The notes beneath the pieces were generated by a model. It had not been told where the DNA came from, did not search any database, and saw nothing but the letters and a program-made list of their open reading frames with translations. 64,000 nucleotides of DNA, from contig NC_042997.1 in NCBI RefSeq assembly GCF_006345805.1, positions 105,152,001 to 105,216,000 on the forward strand. The letters run 5' to 3'. The position numbers and the translations under genes were made by a program. Below, in pieces: positions 1 through 12,486 of the stretch (position 1 is its first letter; every line of letters begins with the position of its first letter). Source of the DNA: Octopus sinensis (taxonomy: Eukaryota).

Positions 1-570
1 GATAGAGAGAGAGAGGAGGAGGAGTGATAGTAGAAAAGAAAGAAGTGAGGAAAAATAAACAAAGATGTATAGGGCCAAATACAACACGTGGTTGGTTGAA
101 GTGGAGGCGAAGAGCGAGTGAAAAGACGGTTAGAAAAGAAGGAGAGAGAAAAGAGGGAGAGAGAAGTGTTAACGACGTGCTCTGGAGTGGAGTAAGGTAA
201 AATGAAAGATATATGTTTAGGATACAATATTTAGCAGAAGGTGATGTTCTGGTGGTGAGGTTAAAGAAAGTAAATAAAGAGAGATGAACAGAGAAGGTAG
301 TTACATTAAGAGAGGGAGAGAGAGAGAGAGAAGGAGGGAAGGAGAGTGGGAGGTAGATGCAAAGAGGCAGATAGCGTTTTTATTGTCATAGTGGAGGTAC
401 ATCGACCACAAGAAAAACTATGTATAAACAAACAGCTGAACTGAACTGAAATGAAATGAACTTTGTTACTGAAAACTATAGTGATAGTGATTGTGGTGGT
501 GGTAGTGGTGGTGGTGGTGGTGATGGTGGCGGTGGCGGCCCGGCGGTGGTGGCGGTGGTGGCGGTGGTGT
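1..570. repeat. Purine-rich low-complexity DNA ending in a (GGT/GGC)n tract
   Basis: GA-rich runs at 1-360; ggtggtggt/ggcggt repeats at about 480-570. Confidence 0.8.
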
Positions 571-1104
571 GTTGATATAGAAAAGTATTTTTTTCTTATT
601 GAACTAAATCTATAATACTATTTTTCTACCTGTTTCATTCACACTTTACGCTTCAGTTTGCTAGAGAGAAAGAGGCGGAGTGGGAGAGAGGAAGTGAGAA
701 ACCAAGAGTAAGTGAGAGAGCAGATAGCCAGTTGATACATTATGCTGTCACTCATGTGGTTAGTGGAATTGAGAGGTGAAGAGAAAGCGAGAAATGTTAA
801 AGACATGAAGAGAGGAATTACATGGTTAAAAAGTTTGTTGAAGAGAGAAATATAGTACTTAGCAGAGGGAAATTTGAAAATCATATAACATATTATTATG
901 ACTTGAAGTGAAATAGCTTAGAAAGATGAAAATAAAAATGGAAATCAACGTTTCTTTCTTAAATGGATTCTCTAATCTTTTTCGTTCTGTGAAATTTCCA
1001 CGGATCTCACTAGATTATTTCATTATCTTCTGCATTGCAAAGGGACGCAATCCTTATTGTTACAAAATAATTGCTGCATATGATGTGAATATTATTGTCT
1101 CTCC

Positions 1105-1295
1105 TTAAAGCGACGAACCGACAGAATCATTGGCATGCCGAACAAAACTCTTTGCGGTATTTCGTCCGTCTTGACCATATGAATTAAAATTCCACCGAGG
1201 TCAGCTTTGCTTTTCATCAGTTCGGGGTCGATAAAAATAAGCACTAGCTGAGCGCTGAGTCGATATAATCGACTTAACTCTCCACCAAAATTTGA
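1105..1295 (+). mobile_element. Diverged tRNA-derived SINE, family A
   Basis: Aligns by eye to the cleaner copies at 1582-1816 and 21287-21505 (gcggtatttcgtc...gaggtc...cggggtcgataaa...gtcgatataatcgactt). Confidence 0.75.
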
Positions 1296-1581
1296 AACCG
1301 ATTTTGCTGTCTCTCCATGATATTTAGCCTCATCTTTCTACGTTTAATATTTGCATTTCTATCTACAGGGATCTGTTAAAATCGGTAATAGCAATGCACT
1401 CTATAATTTCAAATGCAGTTTAATTTCACTAATTATGAAAAAAGTACAATTTCATATGAGATACATTAAAACCAATATTCTAAAACTAACGAGATCATTG
1501 ATTTGTCAAAATCGGTAAAGCGCAGGCAAATTAACTAATACTATGCGTTAGTGTATCAACCAGATTCTATAATATAACTAT

Positions 1582-1816
1582 GTTTCTTTATTACCCACAA
1601 GGGGCTAAACATAGAGGGAACAAACGAGGACAGACAAACGGATTAAGTCGATTACATCGACCCCAGTGCGTAACTGGTACTTAATTTATCGACCCCGAAA
1701 GGATGAAAGACAAAGTCGACCTCAGCGGAATTGGAACTGAGAACGTAATGGCAGACGAAATACGGCTACGCATTTCGCCCGGCGTGCTAACGATTCTGCC
1801 AGCTCGCCGCCTTCTT
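1582..1816 (-). mobile_element. tRNA-derived SINE, family A, full length with 14-bp target-site duplication
   Basis: Minus strand has A-box-like tggcagaatcg and B-box-like gagttccaattcc; TATAATATAACTAT flanks both sides (1568-1581, 1817-1830). Confidence 0.9.
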
Positions 1817-2249
1817 TATAATATAACTATCAGTGAAGTAACGGCAAATATATAGCCAAATATTAACTCGCGCCGCTCTGTATATATTAATGAAAAAAGA
1901 AAAATTGGCGTATTATAAATCTTGTAATGTTTACGTTGTATTTTCTAACCATAACATAACGAACATATGAAAAATCAATAAATATCAGTTTCTTACTGTA
2001 TTTATTAGAATCATGGTGATAGTTAGAATCCTTGCTCTTCTTTATGTCACAGAGGCATACATGTGCGTTTTAGATGTTGTATTATATGTTCATGTTTATA
2101 TTTATTGTGTACAGTATATGTGCCTTTATTTCTTATACAATTTCCTTAGAATTCCCACAGCACAACGCTTATTAGAATAGTTTTGTTTAAACATGTATAT
2201 CTCTGTAACTCTATGTGCCGTCTTTGTTTGTTATGTATTCCCTCCAATT

Positions 2250-2600
2250 ATATACACAGACACATACATGAAGACATAAATACACACACATATATGTATA
2301 TAATTATATACTTTAGATACATGCATACACATATTATATCATATAAATACATGCGAGGATATATACTTACAAATATTACATACCCACATAGGAGCATACG
2401 CACATACATACGTACGTACATACATACGTTCGTACGTACTTACGTAATGCATACATGCATATATACATACAGACATACATACACACATACATACATACAC
2501 ACATACATACATACATACATACATACATACATACATACATACATACATACATACATACATACATACATACTTACATATACGCATGCATATATCCTTTCAT
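2250..2600. repeat. (TACA)n / (CA)n microsatellite
   Basis: Long tandem acatacat array; source of the HTYI/MYVC pseudo-ORFs. Confidence 0.95.
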
Positions 2601-3579
2601 ATTTATAACTCGAATTCTGCAAAATAAAAACAAAAATTAAATCGCAGACATATATACATGCATATAAACATAGATATTTATTTACCACGAAGTGTGTTCT
2701 GTTTATACGTTTCTTTCTTTATGTGTAAATGCTTATATATGTTACTATATTCAGTGTCGCGAGTGAGATTATATGTGTACATATCTGAGAATGTATGCAT
2801 ATATTTATGTAAGTATAACTCTTTATATATGTTTGTGAATGTGTGACTGTGTACATACATACATATATATATATATGCAAATATATCATATATGTATGTG
2901 TGAATGTATGATTGTGTACATGCACATATAATTTTGCACGATTGTGTAATATATTTGTAATGATGTTTATATTTGTGTTAAAATAATTTGTTAAGGAAAA
3001 TGCTCAATTGCACCGCCCTGACTTAAAATCGTTTGTTGTGGCATAAGTGCATTGGGTTAGAATATGAGGAGAAAAACTAAATATCCATTCTTTGGGGAAT
3101 TGGTAATTGATGGTATTTATTGCTAACCCAGCAAGAAAATCTCAAGTTTTCCACATGCGCTTCATGAAAAGTTTGATAGGACAAACGAACGAAAGATGGC
3201 AGGGAGAAAAACTGCTACTAACTAACAGGAAACAGGGGTGGTAGGGGAAATTTTAGCGGCTGTAAAATACTTAAGAAATATAAACATATAATAAAGAATA
3301 TCATTCTTTCCTTCTGTAAATCATTCTCCTATCTTTCCTTTTTCAGATTCGGGATTCCGAAACCCAGCATTAATCCGATGAGAAGTATTAATGTTTTTCC
3401 TAAAACAACTTCCCAACTTCCCAAGGGAGAAAGAGAGAGTGGGGGGAAAGAGAGACAAAGAGAGACGAAACCAGACGTTGTTTTTTCTGTAGCGTTCAAA
3501 TGAAAATAGAAAAATCGTCTGCTTCTTTCAGTTCTTATATTGTTTGTTTAACTACATATGCATGCATGTGGGTAAAACC

Positions 3580-3603
3580 GATACACACACAGACACACGC
3601 GCG

Positions 3604-3644
<41 letters not shown>

Positions 3645-3828
3645 ATACACACACACACACACATATGTACATACATACATACACATACATACGAACACAC
3701 AGACACACATACACACACACCGCACGCATATTCAGAGGCACACATACTGACTCACTCTTAGATTCATATACGTACACAATTAAATGTGTGTGTGCGTCTA
3801 TGTAACTGTATATTATATACATATAATG

Positions 3829-3893
<65 letters not shown>

Positions 3894-4178
3894 CCATATA
3901 CGACAGATCGTATTACATAAGTGTTATAAATATTAATAAACTACAAGTATGTATGTATGTATGTATGCTTGCATCTATGTATGTATGTAAGTGTGTGTGG
4001 AAGTGTGTGTGCGTGTGTGTGTCTATGTATGTATATATACAGAGAATTCTATAGGAGCTGGAAAAAATCTCACAAAATGTTATACGTAGTATATCAGTTA
4101 ATTGTCATTTATATATAAATGTATGCATATGTGTGTGTGTACGTGCGCGTGCTGCATAAGTAAATTTCTGTAAATTTG

Positions 4179-4231
<53 letters not shown>

Positions 4232-4250
4232 CACACGCACACACTCACAT
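3580..4250. repeat. Compound (CA)n/(TA)n/(TG)n microsatellite cluster
   Basis: Several direct tandem dinucleotide arrays with short spacers. Confidence 0.9.
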
Positions 4251-4278
4251 ATGTGTATATGTGTGTGTAAATATATAT

Positions 4279-4683
4279 AATATAAATAATATATAAATAT
4301 ATGCATATATACATACATATATGTACATGCCTACATATATATGTATATATGCATGCATATATGAGTACAGGACATCAAAAAAACCTTGAACACAATGAGA
4401 AACGAAAACATAAAAATAAAAACAGGGAAACAAACTTTTTTTACCTTCAAAACGCGGAGTAGATGAAACAGGGACAACTGAAGAAGGGGAATATTCCTTG
4501 TGTTATATATCTTGTACTCTGTTTTTTCGTTTCCATGTTTTTGTCTTTATGTTTTCGTTTCTCATTGTGTTCAACGTTTATTTCGTGTCACGTACCTATA
4601 TATGCATGTATATAAGCATATAGATGTAGGTATGTACATATATGTATGTATATATGCATATATTTATATATTATTTATATTAC
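4279..4683. repeat. Fold-back element with arms of about 155 bp (4279-4432 / 4529-4683)
   Basis: Arms are reverse complements; the ORF track shows mirrored peptides (FPCFYFYVFVSHCVQ on - and FPCFCLYVFVSHCVQ on +). Confidence 0.85.
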
Positions 4684-4708
4684 TATAAGTTTTATCTACC
4701 TATCTATC

Positions 4709-4782
<74 letters not shown>

Positions 4783-5216
4783 TGTGTGTGTAAGTTTGGA
4801 CGATATATTATCCGGACGGGTACCGTATTGGTTGTCAGTTAAATTCAAACTCACGGCTAACCACTTCAATTAGTATTCAACGTTTGTGACTATCAGCAGT
4901 TGCTAGTGACTCCGCGAATCGTGGAAACGCTTGTATGGTACTATAATATGTGGTGCTAACTCATGTGATAAATTTTGTGGACGAACAAGTCCCCATCCTC
5001 TCTATTATTAATAATTATGTGCGCGCGTGTGTGTGTGTGTATTATGGAGACGAACTTGCATAGTAAATGACCTGATCTGAGATCGTGTGCTGAAACAAAA
5101 TTTTAGCGTGGAAGGTTTTTATAAGTCATTGAAAAACACACAAAAACCGTTAGATTCACTTCAACATCTAAACTTAATTTGTCGCGACCTGTTCACTGAT
5201 AAAATTCCGTACTGCA

Positions 5217-5248
<32 letters not shown>

Positions 5249-5254
<6 letters not shown>

Positions 5255-5565
5255 GTAAAAAGTGAAAAAACTACAGAAGGCTTGTTTTAAAAGGTTAAAA
5301 AATATATATTTGAGTCAATATGTCTGAAGAATATTATAAATTTTTTTCTTACAACTCTTTTCAACATAAACATAACGATAACTATCTCAACATAAACATA
5401 ACGACGTAAGAAATTTGAAAAGCTAAACGCGAAACCGGTCTTTCTTCTAAACTATGTCATTGTAAGAAAAAAATTTGTAATATTCTTCAGACATATTGAC
5501 TCAAATATATATTTTTTAACCTTTTAAAACAAGCCTTCTGTAGTTTTTTCACTTTTTACTATTTT
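5249..5565. repeat. Near-perfect fold-back element, 106-bp arms, between (TA)n arrays
   Basis: 5249-5354 and 5460-5565 are reverse complements with one mismatch; spacer holds tcaacataaacataacga twice and cgcgaaaccggtc. Confidence 0.95.
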
Positions 5566-5608
5566 CTATATATTCAACCACGTGCTTTCACAAACCAACT
5601 TTCTTATC

Positions 5609-5672
<64 letters not shown>

Positions 5673-5797
5673 TCGGAATTCGTACTAAATGTGACAGCTT
5701 GCATCAAAAGAGAGGAAAGGAAGAAAGCACAGTATCTTAAGTAGTTTTATAAAAGAAATCAAATGATATCATTAGATTATGGCTGAGAGAAAATAGT

Positions 5798-6178
5798 TTA
5801 CCCAAAATGGCCACTCTAAGCTTCTATTATGTCGTCAAGTCGGCTCCGGAACCTAGCGCATGCGTTGTCACTGTGTTCCTAAGACTATTGAACTCGTAGA
5901 TCTTGGCCACCAGATCAGCTTTGGAGTTGCAGGCAGTGTGGTAGCTATATTTCTGTACAACGCCCCACATGTAGGGATTCATGGAATTTCCATCGGGGGA
6001 ATATTAAGAGGCCAGAAACTGGGGTTGGTGAAGTTGTAGAAATTCTCCGAGAACCATTTTCGACACTATCCAGAGATATGGCAAGAAACCGAATTCACCT
6101 GCCACAATAATGGCCTTCCAGTATCAAACTTCTCTAGACAGGGATTGACCACAATTTCCAGCAGCTTCACACCATGTG
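5798..6178 (-). mobile_element. Decayed Tc1/mariner transposase C-terminus, DD37D (maT)-like
   Basis: Minus-strand translation with stops and a frameshift: KLLEIVVNPCLEK..WQVNSVSCH..KWFSENFYNFTNPSFWP..YMWGVV..ACNSKADLVAKI..CARFRSRLDDIIEA, matching the WQQDSAPCH/WPPNSPD/ACARFRSRL pattern. Confidence 0.75.
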
Positions 6179-6529
6179 CCTGTGTGTGTGTGTGTGTATT
6201 TATATATGTATATATATATACATCAACACACACGCGCACACACACATACACACACACACTCACGCACGCACACACACATACACACGCACGCATATGTATT
6301 GTTTTATTGGTTTCAGTCAGGGACTGAAGCCATGCTGGTGCTTCCTCTATTAGTGTTTCTTTTCTATATTTTTTTTCTGGTGAAGTAGGAAGTCCATCGG
6401 CGCTGCTCTTCGTTGCGTGTCCTGCTGCGATATGAGTTCGCCTGCTATATCAGATAAGAATTTGTCCTGACGTTCTTCGATGACTAACACATCTAAACCT
6501 CGGAAATCTCTGGGGCTGTTGGATTGACC

Positions 6530-6572
6530 GAAAGAAAGAAAAAAAGAAAGAAAGAAAGAAAGACAGACAGAC

Positions 6573-6633
<61 letters not shown>

Positions 6634-6663
6634 TGTTTCTTAGATAGATAGATAGATAGATAG

Positions 6664-6728
<65 letters not shown>

Positions 6729-6730
6729 TA
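6530..6730. repeat. (AAAG)n-(AGAC)n-(AGAT)n microsatellite
   Basis: Tandem tetranucleotide array. Confidence 0.95.
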
Positions 6731-7288
6731 AAGTATTTAAGCGTGTAGTGTTCAAGCACTGATTTACAATCCAAGTTCTGGCCAACTGCATCGAGTGGCA
6801 AAGAGCCCCTACGGTTACTTGAGGTAGGCGATCCCTATGTATTACACCCACTGGGAAAATTCCGGGTAAAATCAGCAAACTATATGAGTATGTACTTGCA
6901 TATGTATGTATTTATGTATGTATGTATGTATGTATGTATGCATGTTAAGCACATATGAAGCAACAAATATTCAACTGCTGCTTTATATATGTTTATCGAC
7001 ATGTGTGCTAATGTTTATTTCATATATGTATTTCGTTTTATCTCTGTTATGAATGTTTATTATTTGTTTCTTTAAAAGTTACGAATGGTATTAAATAAAT
7101 AAAATTAATGAAGAAATATGTTAAAATTCTCTGTCTCTTTCATGATTCATTCGGTCTCTTCTCAACTCCTCCTTTATTCACTGTTTGCAACATTTTATAT
7201 ATATATATATATATATGTTTGTACGTATATATGTGTATATATATATATACATACATAAATACATACATATATATATATATTATATATA

Positions 7289-7346
<58 letters not shown>

Positions 7347-8399
7347 GTATGTATGTATGTATGTATATATATGTATATGCATATGCACATACATATATAC
7401 GGATATATACGTATATATGCACATGCTGTAACGTATGTTTCATGTTTTGCTTTCTTTACAATTTTCTAGTAAACCTCAATGTTATTATAAACTATATATT
7501 TATACATACATATTTTGGGTGTGTGTCACTATATAGACGCGCGCGCACTTCGTGTTTGTAAATGATTATACATTTCCATATGTATGCACATATTTGTGTA
7601 TACATGCATGTGTATACAGATGTGTACATTAGCAAAACAAAACACATGTATAATCGACGGATGATATTTTAGGAGGAAAAAAAAGAACGAACTTAGTAAA
7701 ATTGTGCTGGAAAATGTTTTAAGTTTCTTCGAGATAAAGAGACTCTTTGTCTTCCATTGAAGTAGTGTTTATTGTCTGAAGATGAAGAAAAATATGAATA
7801 TGAAAATATAAACACAATGGTTTCCATGTTTTAAAAACATTTAAATAAATTTTGTTGAACTTTTACTCATTGAAGACACGCACGAGCAAAAGATATATTC
7901 AGATAAATCTGAACACGTGCTAACTAAAATTATGGGGGAGCGAAAACCTTAGCGTACGAATGCGTTCTCTTTCCATACACGCACGCACGCACACGCATGC
8001 ACATGTATACATGTATATATTTATGTATGTGTGTATATATGTAACTTGTGGGTCCTATGGGTGTGTCTAAGAGAGTTTTTTTTTCTGACTGAGTGTAAGC
8101 TGTGTCAGACTACAAGCTGTAAAATGTTGCACAAGAGAATGTTTCACCACAGGCGAAGCTTTTATGAGGAAGGCAGTTTTGGATTTTCTGTGATAACCAG
8201 TATAATGGCACAGGTAGTGAAGCAGGAGAGGGTGAACTCAGGGGCTATCCCGGACGACACACATACTCGTTACGACATTATTTTCAAGCCATTAGAAAAA
8301 ACCTTCATATTTTCACCAATCCATTCCGTTCGTTTCAGCAGTCATTCAATTCATCAAATTGTAAGCCGGCTACTGCTGGATAGTAAAGATTTCATCGGT

Positions 8400-8615
8400 T
8401 TTTTATTCACTCTTTTACTCTTTTGTTACAGTCATTTAACTACGACCATGCTGGAGTACTGCCTTTAGTCAAAGAAATCTACCCCAGGACTTATACATTG
8501 TAAGCCTAGTACTTATTCTATCAGTCTCTTTTACCAAGCTGCTAAGTTACGGAGACGTAAACACACCAGCATCGGTTGTCAAGCGATGGTGGGGACAAAC
8601 ACAGACACACAAACA
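8400..8615 (-). mobile_element. SINE family B, 3' tail fragment
   Basis: Matches the tail of the full copy at 30505-30916 (gacgtaaacacaccagcatcggttgtcaagcgat). Confidence 0.8.
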
Positions 8616-9354
8616 TAAAAACACATATACACACACACACACACACGCGCGCGCGACACACACATATATATATATATATATGCACACACTAGCAGCTTTT
8701 CCCAGTTTCACCCGGGTAGTTTGGTTGATGTTGCTGCAAAACGTGCTATCTTCTAAATATTTACCTCCTCTTTGTATTCAAACACCATAGATAAAGGTTA
8801 AAAAAAAATAAGAAAACAAATATATACAACAAAAACACCCAAATTAATAAAAATGTGAAGTTTCCGGGAATGGAAGTAACTGGAAGGTTCCAGTACTCCG
8901 ATATAATTAAAATTATCTTAATTTGTGTAATCAAAGTCTAATGCAGTTATTGTACCTAATCTGAACCTCAACCATGAATGAAAAATCAAGTATATGACAG
9001 TGAAGTTGTATGTATGCAAACAATCATATAAATTGTACTTTGTTTAACAACTCGACGTAAATACAATGTAAAACAGTAGTCAGTAGCAGAAACTTTAAAC
9101 AAATAGAATTAATGTTTAAGTTCAGCGACCGAAAATAATCGAAACTGAAGCCTGCCTTAAAAAACGGGTCAATGGGGAAATAGCAGAACTTCAGGCGACG
9201 AAATAATTCTAAAAGAAAAATGGAAAGAATTAACGATTGTGCACACATGTGCACACAATGAACGGAATAAACTGAACTTACGTGGTGTGACTGGTTGCGA
9301 AATATAGCAGCGGAATGTACGTGAAGGAAACATGGAGCTATAACTACAAAAATG

Positions 9355-9535
9355 TAGTTATAATTCAAAGGGGCCAGCGTAGTCACATTCTGTGTGAGGC
9401 TGAATCTCCCTGAGAACTACCTTATCGTATACATATCTGTGGAGTACTTAGCCACTTGCGCATTAATTTTGAGAGCAGATTGTACGTTGATCATATAAAA
9501 TCGTTGTGGGCGACGGAATGCCATAAACAAAAAAG
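9355..9535 (+). mobile_element. SINE family C, 3' body fragment
   Basis: Homologous to the reverse complement of 56960-57110 (taattcaaag..gtcaca..atctgtggag..agccactt..ttaatt). Confidence 0.7.
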
Positions 9536-9726
9536 GGAACGAAAAGAAAATGTTCTATATCGTAAGGTGAAAATGTGATGCGTTTAGTATAAGCAGTGAA
9601 AGCTAAGATGAATTAATTGTTATTTCGTCGTGTATTCGCACTCCTATCACGCTCAGTTTGATAACAACAGCCTGTGCATCGGTATTTAACTGGGGTTTTG
9701 GCCCCCAGATCTGTGAGACCCACAAA

Positions 9727-10330
9727 TGCCGATGTCAGGACCATAGTGTACAAGACTATATCTTTAAAAAGTAGACCCTTCGAAATTGCCACAATGCTAG
9801 CAGTTGAAAAGTGCTTGTAGCCCATTTGAAAAGACGAAACATACCTGTCGAGGGGTAAGAAATATGGCACAATTGAAGTCAGATTTGCCACAGAAGAGGT
9901 AGCAAAACAGTACTTAACAGCCCAGCTGAGAAATAATTAACTTGTCCTAGTTCCAACATACTTGGGGTGGCGCGTCACCAAGATAACAGTACTGGAGATA
10001 CCACCAGAATGAACTCCTGTTGGATTGTCGCAGACGTCCTCCTCGACTTGGAAGATAAAATCAGAATCATCGACGTCGAGAGACAAAGAAAATGCAACTG
10101 GACTAATCAAGAATTGCAAATAATAGTCCAAATAAACCAAGACGTTTTGGATCAAATTCCTGACGAAGTCAGCCTTCCAAATGGCACTATATTGAACGTC
10201 ACAGTTGAGGGCAGAAGGCCAAAATGTTATCAATGTGTACAGAATAACCACCTGAAAGCCTTCTACCCACAACTAAAACAAAGCAGGGCACTACCCACTT
10301 CATTCAAGCACCACCAATTCCACAACAACT
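9727..10330 (+). pseudogene. ORF1 (RRM-like region plus degenerate CCHC knuckle) of the Tx1-like LINE
   Basis: Frameshifted reading with in-frame stops; includes track ORF 9967-10332. Confidence 0.75.
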
Positions 10331-10994
10331 GAAGCAACCCCAACAACCAAAGCAACCCTAACAAGAGAAGAAACCCTACAAAAAGAAAACGCCACCACCA
10401 ACTATACGAAAGACTATAACGCCAACAACAACTGAGGCGCTGACCACAGCCCCCACTACAGCACCTACAAAAACACCATCAACACAGCTCTTGCCAGAGG
10501 AATAAATAACATTAGCAACTGGAACAACCCCTTCCTGACTCTGACCACTCAGACATGTCGTGCAGAGAGGCCGACAGAATTCAGTGGACAGAAGTCACAC
10601 GTAAAAGACAAAGAAAAATCAAAACAGTACACCAACAAATAAACAAGCTGTATCCCCCACCGCCAAAAAAGCATTCAAAATCACTCGAAAACAACAACAA
10701 CAGCACACCAACACCAACGCGTCCAACACCTTCAAGAACACAGCGACTATCGAGACCACAGAGACATCCAACAGTATAAGGCACAACAGGGTCAACACAA
10801 AAGGTAAACGAAAATAAAGAAAAATACAGGCATCAAAATGACTGACTTTGTTTCCCCCGCGGATAATACACCGCCACCACACATACAGATACTTCGAACA
10901 TCGCAACATACATACAGCAACATAAAATCCAAATCTCCACTGGCAGCTGGAGGTTTCAACACGGGAGTGCCCTGGAGCCTCTATAAATCTTTGG

Positions 10995-12110
10995 TCATGG
11001 AGACCACCACACCCCACCTACTCAACGACCTCAGGTCAAGGGGAATAAGTGTAATAGGCATTAATGAATCTAGACTAACCAAACCGTGAGCTTTCATGCC
11101 CATTTTCGATGACTACGAGATCTATGCATCTCTGGTGCTGATTCGGAATAAGGTCAGTCTTCTTGGACCTAGAAGGTAAGCTGGTGGTCATGGACGTGAA
11201 TGGTAGTAATGGTGGAGCCTTCAGACTGGTGTACGACAGCCGGAATACTTCAGGCGTCTGGAGGTCTTCCTGAGTACGTTCCTATCTTTAGTGTTAATGG
11301 GCGATTTCAACGGCATCTCAGATGCACAATTGGATTGTGTAGGGGGTAGCCGATAGGAAAGTGGGTTGCAAAAGCCTCGCAAGCTTGCTCAGACACTTTC
11401 AACTGTCTGACAGGTACAGACTGAATTTCTCGAATGTGCCAATGTGGACATGAGCAAACCGTATCGGAACATCCAGATCATATCTACATAGAGTATTTTG
11501 CAGGTCTTTAGATAAGGATAGTGCTAGTTGTCCACAATTTCAACTAGTCGGCTACACAAATCACAAATTGGTGACCTGTAAGGTCGACTCAGAGAGCATA
11601 CATAGACAGGGCCCCGGCTACGGGAAGCTGAACACGCTATTCCTGGCGTGCTTACAGAGACCAGATTGAAGAATTATTTTAGAAAGCTTTGACGTGGGCA
11701 ATTGTCAAAAATAAATGGTGATATAACGTAAAAAGAGCCATAAAAGTATAATAAGTTAGACTTAGCAAAGATTTAGCTGTAGAAAGATATAGATTAGAGA
11801 GCGATTTAATGAGAAAGCTTGAAGAGGCGCCTAGGAAAGGCATTGAAACTGGCGGGTAGACAGCGACGTTGCACTCGATTAATACTTCAACGCCAAGCAC
11901 GAAGGTCAGAGCGATGGGCCCGTGTGGCTGAGGTGCAAAATTGTAAAAAAACATACCGTTCGGTCTTTGGTGGACCAAAACGGGCGCACGGTGAACGAGC
12001 CGGAGCAGATATGTGCGCTTTTTCCCGAATTGTTGGGGACGAACGTTGGGCCAGATGGCTTTCACTGCCTAACTCAATGGCCTGCCACGACTATGAGCAA
12101 GAAAGGCAAG
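10995..12110 (+). pseudogene. ORF2 N-terminus (APE endonuclease plus linker) of the Tx1-like LINE
   Basis: GDFN, NHKLV (SDH-like) and GPG(Y/W)KLN motifs across stops and frameshifts. Confidence 0.8.
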
Positions 12111-12238
12111 GTGTTACAAAAGGCCGATAACAAATTATGCATACGTGCATATATATGTAGGTATACGTTCGTATATGTAAGTATTCGTATGTTGTATTTA
12201 TATATATATATATGTATTTATCTTTATCTTCTGTGTGT

Positions 12239-12296
12239 ATTCTACTGACGAGGCAAAGCATTAATAAATGCAAAGTCAGAAATCCGGATCTAGAAT
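12239..12296 (+). ncRNA. Minimal type I hammerhead ribozyme-like motif (family H1), probably in a Penelope-like terminal repeat
   Basis: AUUCUA-CUGACGA-GGC..GUC-A-GAA-AUCCGGAU-C-UAGAAU: 6-bp stem I, intact core, palindromic stem III, AUC site after 12290. Confidence 0.7.
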
Positions 12297-12439
12297 TATC
12301 CAGTAATTTTTTACTAGTTTCATCTTGTCTTTTTGTTTTTTCTCCATGTTGATATATGGACAATTAAGGTGGTTTTAGAGCCAGATCATGGCTGCTATTT
12401 CCAGCATGGTGGTATCTCGTAGATAACCTAATTTATAAT

Positions 12440-12486
<47 letters not shown>

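Larger units (their letters stand above)
9650..12130 (+). mobile_element. Tx1/L1-like non-LTR retrotransposon, 5' half only (ORF1 plus APE endonuclease), decayed
   Basis: ORF1: YGTIEVRFATEE, PTYLG.RVTKITV, zinc knuckle VEGRRPKCYQC..HLKA. ORF2: LLNDLRSRGISVIGINESRL, LMGDFN, SRSYL.RV, NHKLV, GPGYGKLN. No RT motifs follow. Confidence 0.85.

Noticed and set aside
8031-8468. 145-aa ORF as a gene
   Set aside because: No recognisable domain or splice structure, and its 3' end runs into a SINE B tail.
10160-10200. CTGACGA hammerhead core inside the Tx1 ORF1
   Set aside because: It encodes PDE in frame and has no matching stems or GAAA half.
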